Assembly (NCBI GenBank): GCA_030603745.1 | Contig: JAUVXE010000002.1 | Location: forward strand, 958-64,957 | Source: Coriobacteriia bacterium | GTDB lineage: Bacteria > Actinomycetota > Coriobacteriia > Anaerosomatales > SLCP01 | DNA: 64,000 nucleotides | Direction of reading: 5' to 3' | Part shown: one piece after another, positions 41,561-51,845 of the stretch | Position numbering within the stretch: position 1 is the stretch's first letter | Layout of the letters: each line of letters starts with the position of its first letter | Notes under the pieces: generated by a model | What the model was told of the DNA's origin: nothing | Database searches by the model: none | The model's input: only the letters and a program-made list of their open reading frames with translations | Made by a program: the position numbers and the translations under genes

Positions 41561-42181
41561 TCAGTCGCGCCGAGGGCCGAGCAGGCCCTCGTCCCGCACG
41601 CGCCGGATGTTGTGGAGCCACACGTACGCGGCCACCACCCCGATCCCCGCGGTGAACGCCGGCGATACGTTGCGCCACGCGAGATCGGCGAAGGCGAGCG
41701 GCAGCACGGTCGCGTCCGGGACCGCGCGGTCCCCGAACCGCCACCACAGTGCGAGGAACAGGCCGAGGAACACGAGCCCGTCGACCGCGGGCAGGTAGCC
41801 GCGCCAGACCCCGAACACCAGCCCGGCTGCCAGCAGGCCCGCGGCGCACGCGAAGCCCCGGCCTCCGCGGAACCGGAGGTAGAACGGATACCGGTGGCCG
41901 AGGAACGCGGCGAGGCCGGCACCGTAGGCGACCGGCTCCGGAGCGCCGATGGCGAACCCGACGGCCACCGCGAGCGGCGCCTTGAGCATGTCGACCGCGA
42001 GCGTGGCGTACCCGGCCGGCGCGCCGAACACGTCCCGGACGTTGGTCGCGCCGGGGTTCCCGTCGCCGACCGCACGGATATCGACCCCCTTGGCCCGACC
42101 GATCAGGAACGCCGGCAGCACCGAACCGAGCAGGTAACCGATGAGCAGCGCGACGGCCGATGGCGCGAGGACCGGGCTCAC
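41561..42181 (-). CDS. plsY: glycerol-3-phosphate acyltransferase PlsY
   Basis: IGYLLGSVLPAFLIGRAKGVDIRAVGDGNPGATN...LGHRYPFYLRFRGGRG are PlsY motifs. Confidence 0.88.
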   Translation of the reverse strand: MSPVLAPSAVALLIGYLLGSVLPAFLIGRAKGVDIRAVGDGNPGATNVRDVFGAPAGYATLAVDMLKAPLAVAVGFAIGAPEPVAYGAGLAAFLGHRYPFYLRFRGGRGFACAAGLLAAGLVFGVWRGYLPAVDGLVFLGLFLALWWRFGDRAVPDATVLPLAFADLAWRNVSPAFTAGIGVVAAYVWLHNIRRVRDEGLLGPRRD

Positions 42182-42283
42182 TCGTCAGCGCCCGTCCCGG
42201 CGTCCGCGAGCAGCCACCCGCGGACGCCCGCCTTCCACCGCCAGGTCGGCGCAAGCCCGGTCAGATCGCGCATGTGGCGCCCC

Positions 42284-43885
42284 CTAGTTCGTGTCGGCGT
42301 CCCGCCTGGTGTAGCCGAAGAACCCGACGGCGAACAGCACCGCCGCGATCGCGGTCATCACGAGCAGGTTACCAGCTGCGAACTCCTCGGCGGGCATCCT
42401 CGGCACGAAGGAGAACGGGTCGAGGTCCATGACCCACTCCGGGAGGCCGAGGAGCGGCCCGATCATCGCCACCACGACGATCCAGGCGAACGGCGCCCAG
42501 ACGGCCGCGAACGCGCGGTACGCCACGCCGAAGAGTGCGACCGCGAGCCCCACGAGAAGCCACACCGCCGGCGCGTAGATCAGCATCCCGGCCACGACCG
42601 GCCAAAACGCGCTCGCGTCCTCGATCGCGACGGCATAGGTCGCCCCCGCGCCCACGCCCGCAGCCCCGAGCACGAACAGGTTGCCGAGGAGCGCGGCCAC
42701 GACATGGCTCCCCAGCCATCGGGTCCGGCTGACGGAGCCCGCGAGGAGCGCCTCGGCGTGGCCCTTGGACTCCTCGGAGCGCAGCTGCGAGATCGCCTGC
42801 AGCGCCTGGCCGGCCGCGGTGATCGCGACGAAGACGAGATACCCCGCGAGGAACGTCTCCATGAGCGTGGCGCTTCCGAGGTCGCCGAAGTACGCGGCGT
42901 AGACGTCGAGCGCCTCGAGCATCCGCTCCGCCTCCATCACGAGGCTGCCGAGCATGGCGCCGAACACGAACATCCCGATCGTCCACGCGATGAGCGAGCC
43001 CCGCTGGAGACGCAGGGCCAGGCCGATCGGCCGGACGAGCAGCCCGCCCGCGCGGGGGCGGCCTTTGCGGGTAGGGAGCACGCCGGCGCCGACATCGCGG
43101 CGCTCGATCACGAAGAACGCCAGACCGAGGAGCGCGAGAGCGAGCCCGGCGGAAAGGCCGAGCGTCCACCACTGCTCGCCCGCGAACGGCCGGATCTCCT
43201 GCGCCCATCCGACCGGCGTGAGCCAGACGAGCCCGCTCTGGCGGATGTCGCCCATGACGCGGACCACGAAGAGCGCCGCGAACGTCACGGTCGCCATCCC
43301 GGTCGCCGCGCGGGAGTGTCCGGTGAGCTGCGCGGCGAGCACGCCCACCGCCGCGAAGACCACTCCGACCGACGCCATCGAGAGGCCGAACGCCATCGAG
43401 CCGGCCAGCGGGTAGTATCCGGCGAGCCCGGCGCCGAGCAGCACCCCGAGCACGATCGAGGCGGCCGAGGCGGTGAGGAACGCGGCGGTGACCGGCGCGT
43501 AGCGGCCGATCACGCCCGAGCGAAGCAGCTCGAGTCGGCCTTCCTGCTCCTCGCCGCGCGTGTGCCGCACCACGAGGAAGATCCCCATGAACGCCATGGC
43601 GATGATGGTGCTCGCCCCCATCTCGTTGACGGCCATGGGCCCGAGGTTGTCCGGTGTCGCCTGGTCCAGGCCGTGTCCCGGCCCGGTCAGCGCGATGCCG
43701 AAGGGGTTCCCCATCAGCAGGTCGTTGCGGACGTCGATCGCCTCCTGGGTCTCGTAGAGGCCCGGGAACGCGGCGATCGAGCCCACCACGAGCAGCACGA
43801 TCGACACGATCCAGACGGGGATTCGCACGCGGTCCCTGCGCAGGAACAGGCGTGCCATCGTCCAGGTTCCCGTGAAGCCGCTCAT
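42284..43885 (-). CDS. ABC-2 type exporter permease (12-TM, antibiotic-exporter-like)
   Basis: From ATG 43885, which overlaps the ATPase stop (ATGA): 533 aa, polytopic. [18 protein letters not shown] is typical of this permease family. Confidence 0.8.
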   Translation of the reverse strand: MSGFTGTWTMARLFLRRDRVRIPVWIVSIVLLVVGSIAAFPGLYETQEAIDVRNDLLMGNPFGIALTGPGHGLDQATPDNLGPMAVNEMGASTIIAMAFMGIFLVVRHTRGEEQEGRLELLRSGVIGRYAPVTAAFLTASAASIVLGVLLGAGLAGYYPLAGSMAFGLSMASVGVVFAAVGVLAAQLTGHSRAATGMATVTFAALFVVRVMGDIRQSGLVWLTPVGWAQEIRPFAGEQWWTLGLSAGLALALLGLAFFVIERRDVGAGVLPTRKGRPRAGGLLVRPIGLALRLQRGSLIAWTIGMFVFGAMLGSLVMEAERMLEALDVYAAYFGDLGSATLMETFLAGYLVFVAITAAGQALQAISQLRSEESKGHAEALLAGSVSRTRWLGSHVVAALLGNLFVLGAAGVGAGATYAVAIEDASAFWPVVAGMLIYAPAVWLLVGLAVALFGVAYRAFAAVWAPFAWIVVVAMIGPLLGLPEWVMDLDPFSFVPRMPAEEFAAGNLLVMTAIAAVLFAVGFFGYTRRDADTN

Positions 43886-44784
43886 CGGGCGCCCTCCGTC
43901 TGCTCGACGCCGTAGTGGCGCAGGAACAGCTGCTCGAGCGTGGGCGGCCGGCTGATGAGCGAACGGATGCCGAGGCTCGAGAGGTGGGCGATGGTCGCGT
44001 CGAGATGCTCGCCGTCCACATCGAAGTGTGTGCGCCCGTTCTCGCGGCTCACGTCGTGGACCCCCGCGAAGCCCTCGATCTCCCCGAGCGGGGCGGCGGT
44101 CTCGACGGTGATGGAGGTGCGCGTGAGGTGTCGGAGCTCGTCGAGGGTCCCGCTCTCGACGGCCCTGCCGAGCCGGATGATCGTCACCCGGTCGGCGAGC
44201 GCCTCGACCTGCGCGAGTATGTGGCTCGAGAGCAGCACGGTCTTGCCCTCTCGCTTGAGCTCGCGGATGTACTCCTGGAACGTCGCCTCCATGAGCGGGT
44301 CGAGTCCCGAGGTCGGCTCGTCGAGGAGCAGGAGTTCCGCGTCGCTCGCGAGGCCGGCGACGATCGCGACCTTCTGCCGGTTGCCCTTCGAGTACGTGCG
44401 CGCCTTCTTGGTCGGGTCGAGGTCGAACCGCTCGAGCAGCTCGGCGCGACGCTTCTCGTTGAGCCCTCCGCGCGCGCGGCCGATCACGTCGATCGCCTCG
44501 CCGCCGGTCAGGTTCGGCCACAGGGCGACGTCCCCGGGGACGTAGGCGATCCGGCGATGCAGGTCGACCGCGTCGCCCCACGGGTCGCCGCCGAGCAGCC
44601 GGGCGGTCCCGCCGTCTGCCCGCAACAGCCCGAGCAGGACCCGGATCGTCGTCGTCTTCCCCGCGCCGTTCGGGCCGAGGAACCCGTGGACCTCCCCCTG
44701 CTCGACCCGCATGTCGAGCCCGTCGAGGGCCCGCACCGTGCCGAACTCCTTCACCAGGCCCGCTACCTCGATAACCCTCGTCAT
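43882..44784 (-). CDS. ABC transporter ATP-binding protein (DrrA/CcmA-like)
   Basis: Walker [10 protein letters not shown], signature YSKGNRQKV, Walker [13 protein letters not shown]. Start taken at ATG 44784 (MTRVIEV). Confidence 0.92.
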   Translation of the reverse strand: MTRVIEVAGLVKEFGTVRALDGLDMRVEQGEVHGFLGPNGAGKTTTIRVLLGLLRADGGTARLLGGDPWGDAVDLHRRIAYVPGDVALWPNLTGGEAIDVIGRARGGLNEKRRAELLERFDLDPTKKARTYSKGNRQKVAIVAGLASDAELLLLDEPTSGLDPLMEATFQEYIRELKREGKTVLLSSHILAQVEALADRVTIIRLGRAVESGTLDELRHLTRTSITVETAAPLGEIEGFAGVHDVSRENGRTHFDVDGEHLDATIAHLSSLGIRSLISRPPTLEQLFLRHYGVEQTEGAR

Positions 44785-44809
44785 CCCTGTCCCTCCTCCT
44801 CGCAGCCGC

Positions 44810-45514
44810 CTACCCGGCGACCGCGTCATCGTCTGAACCGTCGGTCACGTCGACCTGTTCCCGGCCCTCCGGCGGGGGGCGCTCGTCCACGAAGTCCACG
44901 CTCTCCCAGGCATCCTCGAACCGCGTGTCCGCGAACGTCCCCTCGGTCAGTACCTCGACCGCGGCCCGCGTGTAGCGCGCGGCGACCTCGGTGGCGAACG
45001 CCTCGCCGCCGAACCGGCGCGCGACGTGCTCGAAGAGCACGAGGCCGCCCAGCTGCCACGCGACCAGCACCACCGCCTGGTCGTAGGGGTGCCGGCTCGG
45101 CTTGAGCATCCCCGCCTCCACGCCGAGCGCCATGACCTCCTCGGACTCCCGGACCATGTCGTCGAAGAGCCGGGCTGCGGCCGGCGTGCCGTCACCGAGC
45201 GCGCGAGAGAGGTAGCGCAGGTGCGGGACGGCGTCCGCGTAGCCGGCGAGCGCCGCGAGCGGATCGGTCGACCCGGACCGCACCGCCTCTTCCTTGCCCT
45301 GTTTGAACCGCGCGACGACGAACTCGTCGCACGCGGCCCGCAACCCTTCCTTGGAACCGAAGTGGTGCAGCACGAGCGCCGGCGAGACACCGGCCGCCGC
45401 CGCGATCTCGCGGACGGTCGCCTTGTCGAACCCGGACTCGCCGAAGCGCGCGATCGCGGCGTCGCGGATCCGCGCTCGGGTCGTCCGGTCCTCTGTCGAG
45501 TGTGTTGAACGCAT
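44810..45514 (-). CDS. TetR/AcrR-family transcriptional regulator
   Basis: From ATG 45514: [46 protein letters not shown] is the TetR HTH. It lies upstream of the ABC exporter genes. Confidence 0.9.
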   Translation of the reverse strand: MRSTHSTEDRTTRARIRDAAIARFGESGFDKATVREIAAAAGVSPALVLHHFGSKEGLRAACDEFVVARFKQGKEEAVRSGSTDPLAALAGYADAVPHLRYLSRALGDGTPAAARLFDDMVRESEEVMALGVEAGMLKPSRHPYDQAVVLVAWQLGGLVLFEHVARRFGGEAFATEVAARYTRAAVEVLTEGTFADTRFEDAWESVDFVDERPPPEGREQVDVTDGSDDDAVAG

Positions 45515-45530
45515 GTTCAGTATACTAAAC
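45515..45530. promoter_or_regulatory. near-palindrome GTTCAGTATACTAAAC abutting the TetR start, nested in TTGAACG...CGTTCAA
   Basis: The 16-bp imperfect dyad has a perfect AGTATACT core. The outer inverted repeats are TTGAACG (45505..45511) and CGTTCAA (45534..45540). TAGTAT lies 7 nt upstream of the ATG in gene orientation (leaderless-type). Confidence 0.5.
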
Positions 45531-45624
45531 GAACGTTCAATCGCCGGCAAGACGGTGTCGCCACAGCGGTCGGAGCGCAGGTCATCCGGTCCCCTCGGCG
45601 GCTGATCCCTGGTCGCCCGGCCGT

Positions 45625-46725
45625 TCAGACGGTGATCGTCTCGATGATGTCGCCGGTCTCGTGGTACCGGCGCACGAGCAGGTCCGCCGGCGTCACGCGC
45701 TCGGCAAGCATCGCCTCGAGCGGATCGAGCCGCGCGCCCCACGCGGCGGGCAGGGCCGCCCGGGCCGCCGCGAGCACCGTCGCGGCACCCTCGCGCACCC
45801 CGGCGTCCTCGAAGGCGACGGTGGCGACGTGGCGGTGCGCCGCCCCGTCGGGCGTGGTCCTGCGCCCGGGAAGCGTCTCGTCGAGCGCCAGCCCGAGCAG
45901 CAGCGCCCCGAACGCGCAGAACAGCGCCACGTCGGGGGGACGGTCGAACGCCTTGAACTCGATCCTCCCCACCTCGGCGGGGAGCCGGGCGAGGTCGGTG
46001 AGGGTCGGCGTGCTCACGAGCCGCTCCTCATCGTGGCCGACGAACACGAGCGCCGAGGGGCGCGCACCCGTGCGGTAGTAGGTCCGGCGGGAGCGGCCGC
46101 CCCACAGCCGCCCCTCGAAGAACGGCGAGGAGAAGCTGAACGGCACGATCCAGGGGCTGTAGTGCGTGAGCTTGCGGCCGATGTCGATCGTCCGGGCGAT
46201 CGTGAGCGCGGGGCTCGACACGCTGATATCAGGCCCGTAGGTCAGCATATGGATGTGGGCGGTCAGCTCCTCGGGCGTACGCCGGTTCGACCTCTCCCAG
46301 GCGTTGAGCGGCGGCTCGGGCACGTAGGCCGTCCGGAACGGGTTGAGCGAGGTCCGGGCGTCGCGATAGCCGAACGGCGCCGCCTCCTCCTCCCACCGCC
46401 GGATGTCGCCGAGGAGTACCGCCATCGCTTCGTCGAGCGATTCGCAGATGGGCGTGCGGATCTCGAAGCCCTTGGGGTCGGTCCGAAGGTAGACTCCCTC
46501 GGCGGTGAACCGCTCGAACCCCTCGATGTACCAACGCTTACTCTTGATGCCGAGGTCGCCGACCCGCAGCCCCGGATAGTCGCTCTCGATCGTCGGCAGG
46601 CGTTCGACGACCCGGTCGAGCTCCTCGAACGTGGTGGTGGAGAAGTCGCAGAAGCGCCCGTCGCGGTCGACGACCGCGAACTCGTGCTCGATGCCGAACC
46701 GGAACTCCTCGGGGGACAGCCTCAC
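45625..46725 (-). CDS. carboxylate-amine ligase / glutamate-cysteine ligase family 2 (GCS2)-like protein
   Basis: N-terminal FRFGIEHEFAVVD and later EIRTP resemble the YbdK/GCS2 ATP-grasp-like ligases. The substrate is unknown. Confidence 0.6.
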   Translation of the reverse strand: MRLSPEEFRFGIEHEFAVVDRDGRFCDFSTTTFEELDRVVERLPTIESDYPGLRVGDLGIKSKRWYIEGFERFTAEGVYLRTDPKGFEIRTPICESLDEAMAVLLGDIRRWEEEAAPFGYRDARTSLNPFRTAYVPEPPLNAWERSNRRTPEELTAHIHMLTYGPDISVSSPALTIARTIDIGRKLTHYSPWIVPFSFSSPFFEGRLWGGRSRRTYYRTGARPSALVFVGHDEERLVSTPTLTDLARLPAEVGRIEFKAFDRPPDVALFCAFGALLLGLALDETLPGRRTTPDGAAHRHVATVAFEDAGVREGAATVLAAARAALPAAWGARLDPLEAMLAERVTPADLLVRRYHETGDIIETITV

Positions 46726-46848
46726 GCGGCTACCTCGGCTCTCTCACGGAACACGCACGCTCGGTCTCATCAGCTCGGAGTATATCCCCTGCTCGCCCCG
46801 GGTCGGGTTGCCGCATGGGCGCTCCGTCCGGTCACCCGGACGCTCGCC

Positions 46849-47652
46849 TCAGCCGAGCTGCCAGAGCAGCGTGCCGAACCCGAGCGCCGCGGTGTAGACC
46901 GCGAACACGTAGAGCGAGTGACGGCGCAGGAATGCCAGGAGGAACGCGATCGAGACGTACGCGGTCAGAAAAGCCACGACGCCTCCGGCCAGCGCCGCCC
47001 CCGCGCCGATGAAGGGCTGCGGGTCGGCCAGGGCGTCGAGCCCGGTCTTCACGCCCGCGAGCATGATGATCGGCACCGAGAGCAGGAACGAGAACCGGGC
47101 GGCCTGCTCTCGGTCGAGGCCCATCCCGATCGCCGCCGAGATGGTCGCCCCCGAGCGCGAGACCCCGGGAAGCAGCGCCACGGCCTGGGCCGCTCCCACG
47201 AGCAGCGCCTTCCACAGCGGCAGGTCCGAGAGCCCCTGCGAGCGCGCCCTGCCGAGGAACTCGGACGACGCCAGGGCGGCCGAGGTCAGCAGGAAGAACG
47301 CCCCGATCCACCTCAGGTCCGCGAACGCCCGGTCGATGAGGTCGCCGAAGGCGATCGCGAGCGCCGCCGTCACGGCGGTGGCCGACAGCACGAGCCACCC
47401 CAGTCGCCGATCGACCCTGCGCGCCGCGTCCTTCGACGCGAGTGCGCGGGTCATCCGCGCCAGGTCGTCCCTGAAGTAGACGATCACCGCGAGCAGGGTG
47501 GCGAGGTGCAAGACCACATCGTAGGCGAGCCCGAACTCGCTCCAGCCCAGCCCGGTATGGATCAGCATCAGGTGCCCGGACGAGGAGATCGGCAGGAACT
47601 CGGTCGCTCCCTGCACCGCCCCGAGCACGACAGCCCTGAAGAACTCTGTCAC
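46849..47652 (-). CDS. uppP: undecaprenyl-diphosphate phosphatase
   Basis: AVVLGAVQGATEFLPISSSGHL...PGVSRSGATI are the two BacA/UppP signature motifs. Confidence 0.93.
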   Translation of the reverse strand: MTEFFRAVVLGAVQGATEFLPISSSGHLMLIHTGLGWSEFGLAYDVVLHLATLLAVIVYFRDDLARMTRALASKDAARRVDRRLGWLVLSATAVTAALAIAFGDLIDRAFADLRWIGAFFLLTSAALASSEFLGRARSQGLSDLPLWKALLVGAAQAVALLPGVSRSGATISAAIGMGLDREQAARFSFLLSVPIIMLAGVKTGLDALADPQPFIGAGAALAGGVVAFLTAYVSIAFLLAFLRRHSLYVFAVYTAALGFGTLLWQLG

Positions 47653-47771
47653 GAACAGACACTCCCTCGGATCGAATGCGGCACCGGCATTCGGCAGCCA
47701 GAGCGTTTCCGTCCGAGCAGTCTACCAGCCCGCGATCGCGCCCCTGGACACGCCGGACCTCCTGGGCTACG

Positions 47772-47798
47772 GTAACACGACGCTGAGAATCGTGTTAC
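47772..47798. promoter_or_regulatory. perfect dyad GTAACACGA-N9-TCGTGTTAC (GTAACAC-N13-GTGTTAC), candidate NikR operator
   Basis: Ends 44 nt upstream of the first gene of the nik-like operon, in the divergent uppP/nik intergenic region. A nikR gene lies at the other end of the operon. Confidence 0.55.
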
Positions 47799-47841
47799 GA
47801 CTGTGCGCCGTCGTGTGCGGCGCCGAGAGGAGACCCGGACG

Positions 47842-48693
47842 ATGCGACAGCACCGACTCGTGCGCACCATGGCCCTCCTGATCGCGGGAGTGCTCGTTCT
47901 CGCAGGGCTCGCGGGGTGCGCGACCGACGGGTCGGGGGCCGACCCCGCCCCGGCCGCGTCCGTAGTCGAGACCGGCACGCTCTCCTTCGTGGCCGACGGC
48001 GAGGAACACGCGCGGGAGGGCACGACCTCGAAGGAGGGCTGGGAGATCACCTTCGAGCACGCCTACGTCACGCTCACCGGCATCACCGCCTACCAGACCG
48101 ACCCGCCCTACGACGTCGACGCCGACGCGTGGGACATCGATCCCCTCCACAGCGTCACCTTGCCGGATGAGTTCACCGTCGACCTCGCCGCCCCGGCCTC
48201 CGACCCCGCATCCGTCGGCGAGGTCGGCGATGCGGTGGCCGGTCACTACAACGCGCTGGCCTGGGACCTCGTGCGCGCGTCGAGCGGTCCCGCCGAGGGG
48301 CTCTCGATGCTCTTCGTCGGCACGGCCGAGCGGGACGGCGAGCGCGTCGACTTCACGCTGCGCTTCGACCGCGAGGTCACCTACCTCGGCGGCGAGTACA
48401 TCGGCGACGTCCGCAAGGGAATCCTCGAGGCCGGCAGCGAAGCCGAGATGGAGATGACCTTCCACTTCGACCACTTCTTCGGCAGAGACGACAAGGACGC
48501 CGACGACCCGATGAACATCGACGCCCTCGGGTTCGACCCGCTGGCCGCGCTGGCGACCGACGGCGTGCTCGACGTGAGCATGAGCGACCTCGAGGAGTTG
48601 CTCCCCGCCGAGGAGTACGCCAAGCTCGAGGCGATCCTCGTGCACTTCGGGCACGTCGGCGAGGGACACTGCATCGCACGCCCCCTCGACTAG
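47842..48693 (+). CDS. exported lipoprotein, first gene of the Ni/Co ECF-type uptake operon (NikK-like position)
   Basis: ATG 47842 follows GAGAGGAGA. Lipobox LAGC. The C-terminus is His/Cys-rich (VHFGHVGEGHC). The functional call rests on operon position only. Confidence 0.5.
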   Translation: MRQHRLVRTMALLIAGVLVLAGLAGCATDGSGADPAPAASVVETGTLSFVADGEEHAREGTTSKEGWEITFEHAYVTLTGITAYQTDPPYDVDADAWDIDPLHSVTLPDEFTVDLAAPASDPASVGEVGDAVAGHYNALAWDLVRASSGPAEGLSMLFVGTAERDGERVDFTLRFDREVTYLGGEYIGDVRKGILEAGSEAEMEMTFHFDHFFGRDDKDADDPMNIDALGFDPLAALATDGVLDVSMSDLEELLPAEEYAKLEAILVHFGHVGEGHCIARPLD

Positions 48694-48708
48694 GAGGACT
48701 TCCGCACC

Positions 48709-49167
48709 ATGAACCGGGTCCGACCCCTGATCGTCTCCGTGGCCATGGCGGCCCTGGCGCTGGCGCTGCCGGCACCGGCCGCGATGGCCCACGGCGTCGA
48801 CCTCACCGCCGGGACGGTCGAGGGTGTGGAGGTCACCGCCGTCTTCGACGGGGGCGGCGGCCCGATGGCCGGCGCGCAGGTGACCGTCTTCGCTCCGGAC
48901 GACCCCGCCCGGCCGTGGATGACCGGCACCACGGACGAGGAGGGGCGCTTCTTCTTCGTGCCCGATGCGGCACTCCCCGGCACGTGGGACGTGCAGGTTC
49001 GGCAGGCGGGTCACGGCGGGATCGTCCGCGTCGAGGTCACCGCCGAGGGTGCCGAGGTCGCCGCTGATGCCGCCGGGCTCCCCGTCACGCAGAAGGCGCT
49101 GATGGCGCTCGCTGTCGCGTGGGGAGCGCTCGGCACCGCCCTGTACTTCCGAAGGCGGGCCGCCTGA
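48709..49167 (+). CDS. exported accessory protein with an Ig/transthyretin-like fold and a C-terminal TM anchor (NikL-like position)
   Basis: The signal peptide ends AMA, so the mature N-terminus would be HGV.... The motif GAQVTVFAPDD...TDEEGRFFF is like a carboxypeptidase-regulatory domain. There is one C-terminal TM helix. The stop overlaps the nikM start. Confidence 0.55.
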   Translation: MNRVRPLIVSVAMAALALALPAPAAMAHGVDLTAGTVEGVEVTAVFDGGGGPMAGAQVTVFAPDDPARPWMTGTTDEEGRFFFVPDAALPGTWDVQVRQAGHGGIVRVEVTAEGAEVAADAAGLPVTQKALMALAVAWGALGTALYFRRRAA

Positions 49168-49820
49168 TGCACATCCCCGACGGCATCTTACCCGTCTCCG
49201 TCGCCGCTGCCGGCTTCGCCGGGGCCGGGGCCGTGACCTGGCTCTCGCTGCGCCGCATCGAGCGGACCTATCCCGACCCCCGCGCGGGCGTGCCACGGGC
49301 GTCGCTCCTGACCGCCGTCTTCTTCATGGCCTCGCTCGTGCACGTCCCGGTGCCGCCGGCGAGCGTACACCTCGTGCTCTCGGGGCTGATGGGCGTCGTG
49401 CTCGGGTGGTTCGCGATCCCCGCGATCCTCGTGGGGCTGTTCCTGCAGGCGGTGATGTTCCAGCACGGGGGACTCACGATGCTCGGCGTGAACGCGTGCA
49501 TCATCGGCCTGCCCGCGCTGCTCGCCAACCGGGTCTTCGCGCTGCGCCGCCTGCTCCCCGCGCGCCTCGCCACGCCCGGCTCGGCCGCGCTCGCCTTCCT
49601 GGCGAGCTTCGCCGCGATCGCGGTGGGGGCGGCCGCGGCGGCCCTCCTGATCGTGAGCACCGTGCCCGCGCACCTCGACGCCGCCGCCGAGCGGGCGGCC
49701 ACCTTCACCCTGCTCGCCGCGCACGTCCCCCTCGGCGTGATCGAAGGGGTGGTCACGGCGCTCGTGGTGCTCTTCCTACGGCGCGTCGATCCGGGCCTGC
49801 TCGGGGAGCCCCGCCGATGA
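49167..49820 (+). CDS. nikM: CbiM/NikM-family metal transport substrate-capture component
   Basis: The N-terminus MHIPDGILP is the conserved metal-binding N-terminal motif of CbiM/NikM. The protein is polytopic. The ATG overlaps the upstream TGA. Confidence 0.85.
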   Translation: MHIPDGILPVSVAAAGFAGAGAVTWLSLRRIERTYPDPRAGVPRASLLTAVFFMASLVHVPVPPASVHLVLSGLMGVVLGWFAIPAILVGLFLQAVMFQHGGLTMLGVNACIIGLPALLANRVFALRRLLPARLATPGSAALAFLASFAAIAVGAAAAALLIVSTVPAHLDAAAERAATFTLLAAHVPLGVIEGVVTALVVLFLRRVDPGLLGEPRR

Positions 49821-50575
49821 TCGCCCGCGCCAACCCGGAGGCCGTGCGCGAATCGTCCCTCACCCGCTGGGAGACCCGGGCGAAACTCATCGGCCTGCTG
49901 TGCCTCGTCTTCGCCTTCGCGAGCGTGCGCGACACGCGCCTTCTTGCGCCGATGGTGCTCCTCTCGCTCGCGGTCTTCGGCCTCTCCGCACTGCCGGCGC
50001 GCCACCTCCTCTCCCGCCTGAAGGTCCCCGGCGTCTTCCTGGTCGCGCTCGCGGTGGTCCTCCCGCTCTTCTCCGGCGAGACCGTCCTCGCCGAGGCGGG
50101 CCCGGTCGCGCTGCGTCTCGAGGGCACCCTCGCGTTCCTGTCGGTCGCCGCACGGTTCTTCAGCATCGTCACGCTGGCGACGGTGCTCTTCGGCACCACG
50201 CCGATGCCCACGCTCGTGCGCGCTATGCGCTCACTCGGTCTCCCCGCACTTCTCGGTGACATCCTGCTCTTCACCTACCGCTACATCTTCCAGCTCGCCG
50301 AGGACCTCCATCGCGCACGCGTCGCCGCGCGCCTGAGGGGGGCGCGGTTCGGCTCGATCCGGTCCGTGAGCACCACCGCGCACATCATCGGCTCGCTGCT
50401 CGTGCGCAGTAACTGGCAGGCCGAGCGCGTGCTCGCGGCCATGCTGCTTCGCGGCTACGGCTCCGCGCGCTCGCTCGAGGTGCGTCGTGCGCCGGTCGCG
50501 CGCGACGTCGCCGCCCTCGCGCTCTGTCTCGCGCTCGCCGCGGTGTTCGTGCTCTCGCCGGCGCTCATCGGCTAG
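49817..50575 (+). CDS. nikQ: CbiQ/NikQ-family ECF transporter transmembrane (T) component
   Basis: Polytopic, with ARLRG and ERV-type motifs (AARLRGARF...QAERVLAAMLLRGY). ATGA overlap with nikM. Confidence 0.85.
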   Translation: MIARANPEAVRESSLTRWETRAKLIGLLCLVFAFASVRDTRLLAPMVLLSLAVFGLSALPARHLLSRLKVPGVFLVALAVVLPLFSGETVLAEAGPVALRLEGTLAFLSVAARFFSIVTLATVLFGTTPMPTLVRAMRSLGLPALLGDILLFTYRYIFQLAEDLHRARVAARLRGARFGSIRSVSTTAHIIGSLLVRSNWQAERVLAAMLLRGYGSARSLEVRRAPVARDVAALALCLALAAVFVLSPALIG

Positions 50576-50584
50576 GATGACGGG

Positions 50585-51391
50585 GTGAACACGACCACCA
50601 CACATCCCGCCGGGGCGCCCAAGGCGATCTCTGCCGCTGGCCTCGGTTTCGGGTACCCGGGACGCGGGCCGGTGCTCGAGGGTGTCACCATCGAGGCGGC
50701 CGCGGCCGAGCGCGTCGGCGTGATCGGCCCGAACGGCGCGGGCAAGACGACCCTCTTCATGCTGCTCTGCGGGGTGCTCGCGCCCACGGAGGGGACGCTC
50801 GAGGTGTTCGGCGCTACCGTGGAGCCTGGCGCGTTCCGGCCCGAGATCGGCATGGTGTTCCACCACACGAACGACCAGCTGATCTGCCCGACCGTTCGCG
50901 AGGACATCGCGTTCGGGCCGCAGAACACCGGCCTGCTCGAGGAGGCCGTCTCCGCCCGGGTGCACGCCGCGGCGGCCGCCACCGGGATCGCCCACCTGCT
51001 CGACCGGACCCCGCATGAGCTCTCGAGCGGCGAGCAGCGGCTCGTCGCGATCACGGGGATCCTCGCGATGGAGCCGCGTCTGCTCATCCTCGACGAGCCC
51101 ACGTCCGACCTCGACCTGCGCTACCGGCGGCGGCTGATCCGGCTCATCGAGCGGATGGAGGGGCAGACCGTCATCGTCGCCTCACACGACCTCGAGTTCA
51201 TCCTCGAGACGTGCGGCCGGGTCCTGCTGCTCGATGCCGGTCGCATCCAGGCCGACGGCGCGCCGGCCGAGATCATGGCCGATGAGGGCCTCATGGCCGC
51301 CCACGGGCTCGAGGTCCCCCACTCGCTCGTGGCCACGTGGCACCGGCACCGGGGGTCGGGGGTCGACGAGCACGGGGACGCGGCGGGCTGA
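50585..51391 (+). CDS. nikO: CbiO/NikO-family ECF transporter ATPase
   Basis: Walker [10 protein letters not shown], signature LSSGEQRLV, Walker B LLILDEPTSDLD. GTG start. Confidence 0.9.
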   Translation: MNTTTTHPAGAPKAISAAGLGFGYPGRGPVLEGVTIEAAAAERVGVIGPNGAGKTTLFMLLCGVLAPTEGTLEVFGATVEPGAFRPEIGMVFHHTNDQLICPTVREDIAFGPQNTGLLEEAVSARVHAAAAATGIAHLLDRTPHELSSGEQRLVAITGILAMEPRLLILDEPTSDLDLRYRRRLIRLIERMEGQTVIVASHDLEFILETCGRVLLLDAGRIQADGAPAEIMADEGLMAAHGLEVPHSLVATWHRHRGSGVDEHGDAAG

Positions 51392-51425
51392 GCGTCCAGC
51401 GCCGTACCTCTGCGCTCGCGTGACC

Positions 51426-51845
51426 TCAGGTGATGTTCTCGCCCGTGGTCGTGGCCACGAACCGGCCATGCTTCACGCCCTTGGTCCCGATGAGCCCGCT
51501 CGCGATGCGCTCGATCTCCCGGATGTCACCACGCAACACCACGACCTCGAGACAGTTGTGTGCATCCAGGTGGATGTGGAGCGTCGAGACGATCTCGTGG
51601 TGATGGGAGTGCTGGTGCTCGGTCAGCTTGTCGGAGAGGTCACGCGTGTGGTGGTCGAACACCAGCGTGACGGTGCCGACCGCCTCGCCCTCGGCCTGCT
51701 CCCACTGCCGCTCGACGAGCGCGTTGCGCATCAGGTCTCGCACCGCCTCGGAACGGTTGATGTATCCGCGGTCGCGGATCAGATCGTCGAACCGTTCGAC
51801 GAGGCGCTCATCCGCCGAGACGCTGAACCTCACGACATCCGACAT
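51426..51845 (-). CDS. nikR: nickel-responsive regulator NikR
   Basis: N-terminal RHH ([20 protein letters not shown]...[14 protein letters not shown]) plus a C-terminal ACT-like metal-binding domain with the His cluster [25 protein letters not shown]. Confidence 0.9.
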   Translation of the reverse strand: MSDVVRFSVSADERLVERFDDLIRDRGYINRSEAVRDLMRNALVERQWEQAEGEAVGTVTLVFDHHTRDLSDKLTEHQHSHHHEIVSTLHIHLDAHNCLEVVVLRGDIREIERIASGLIGTKGVKHGRFVATTTGENIT

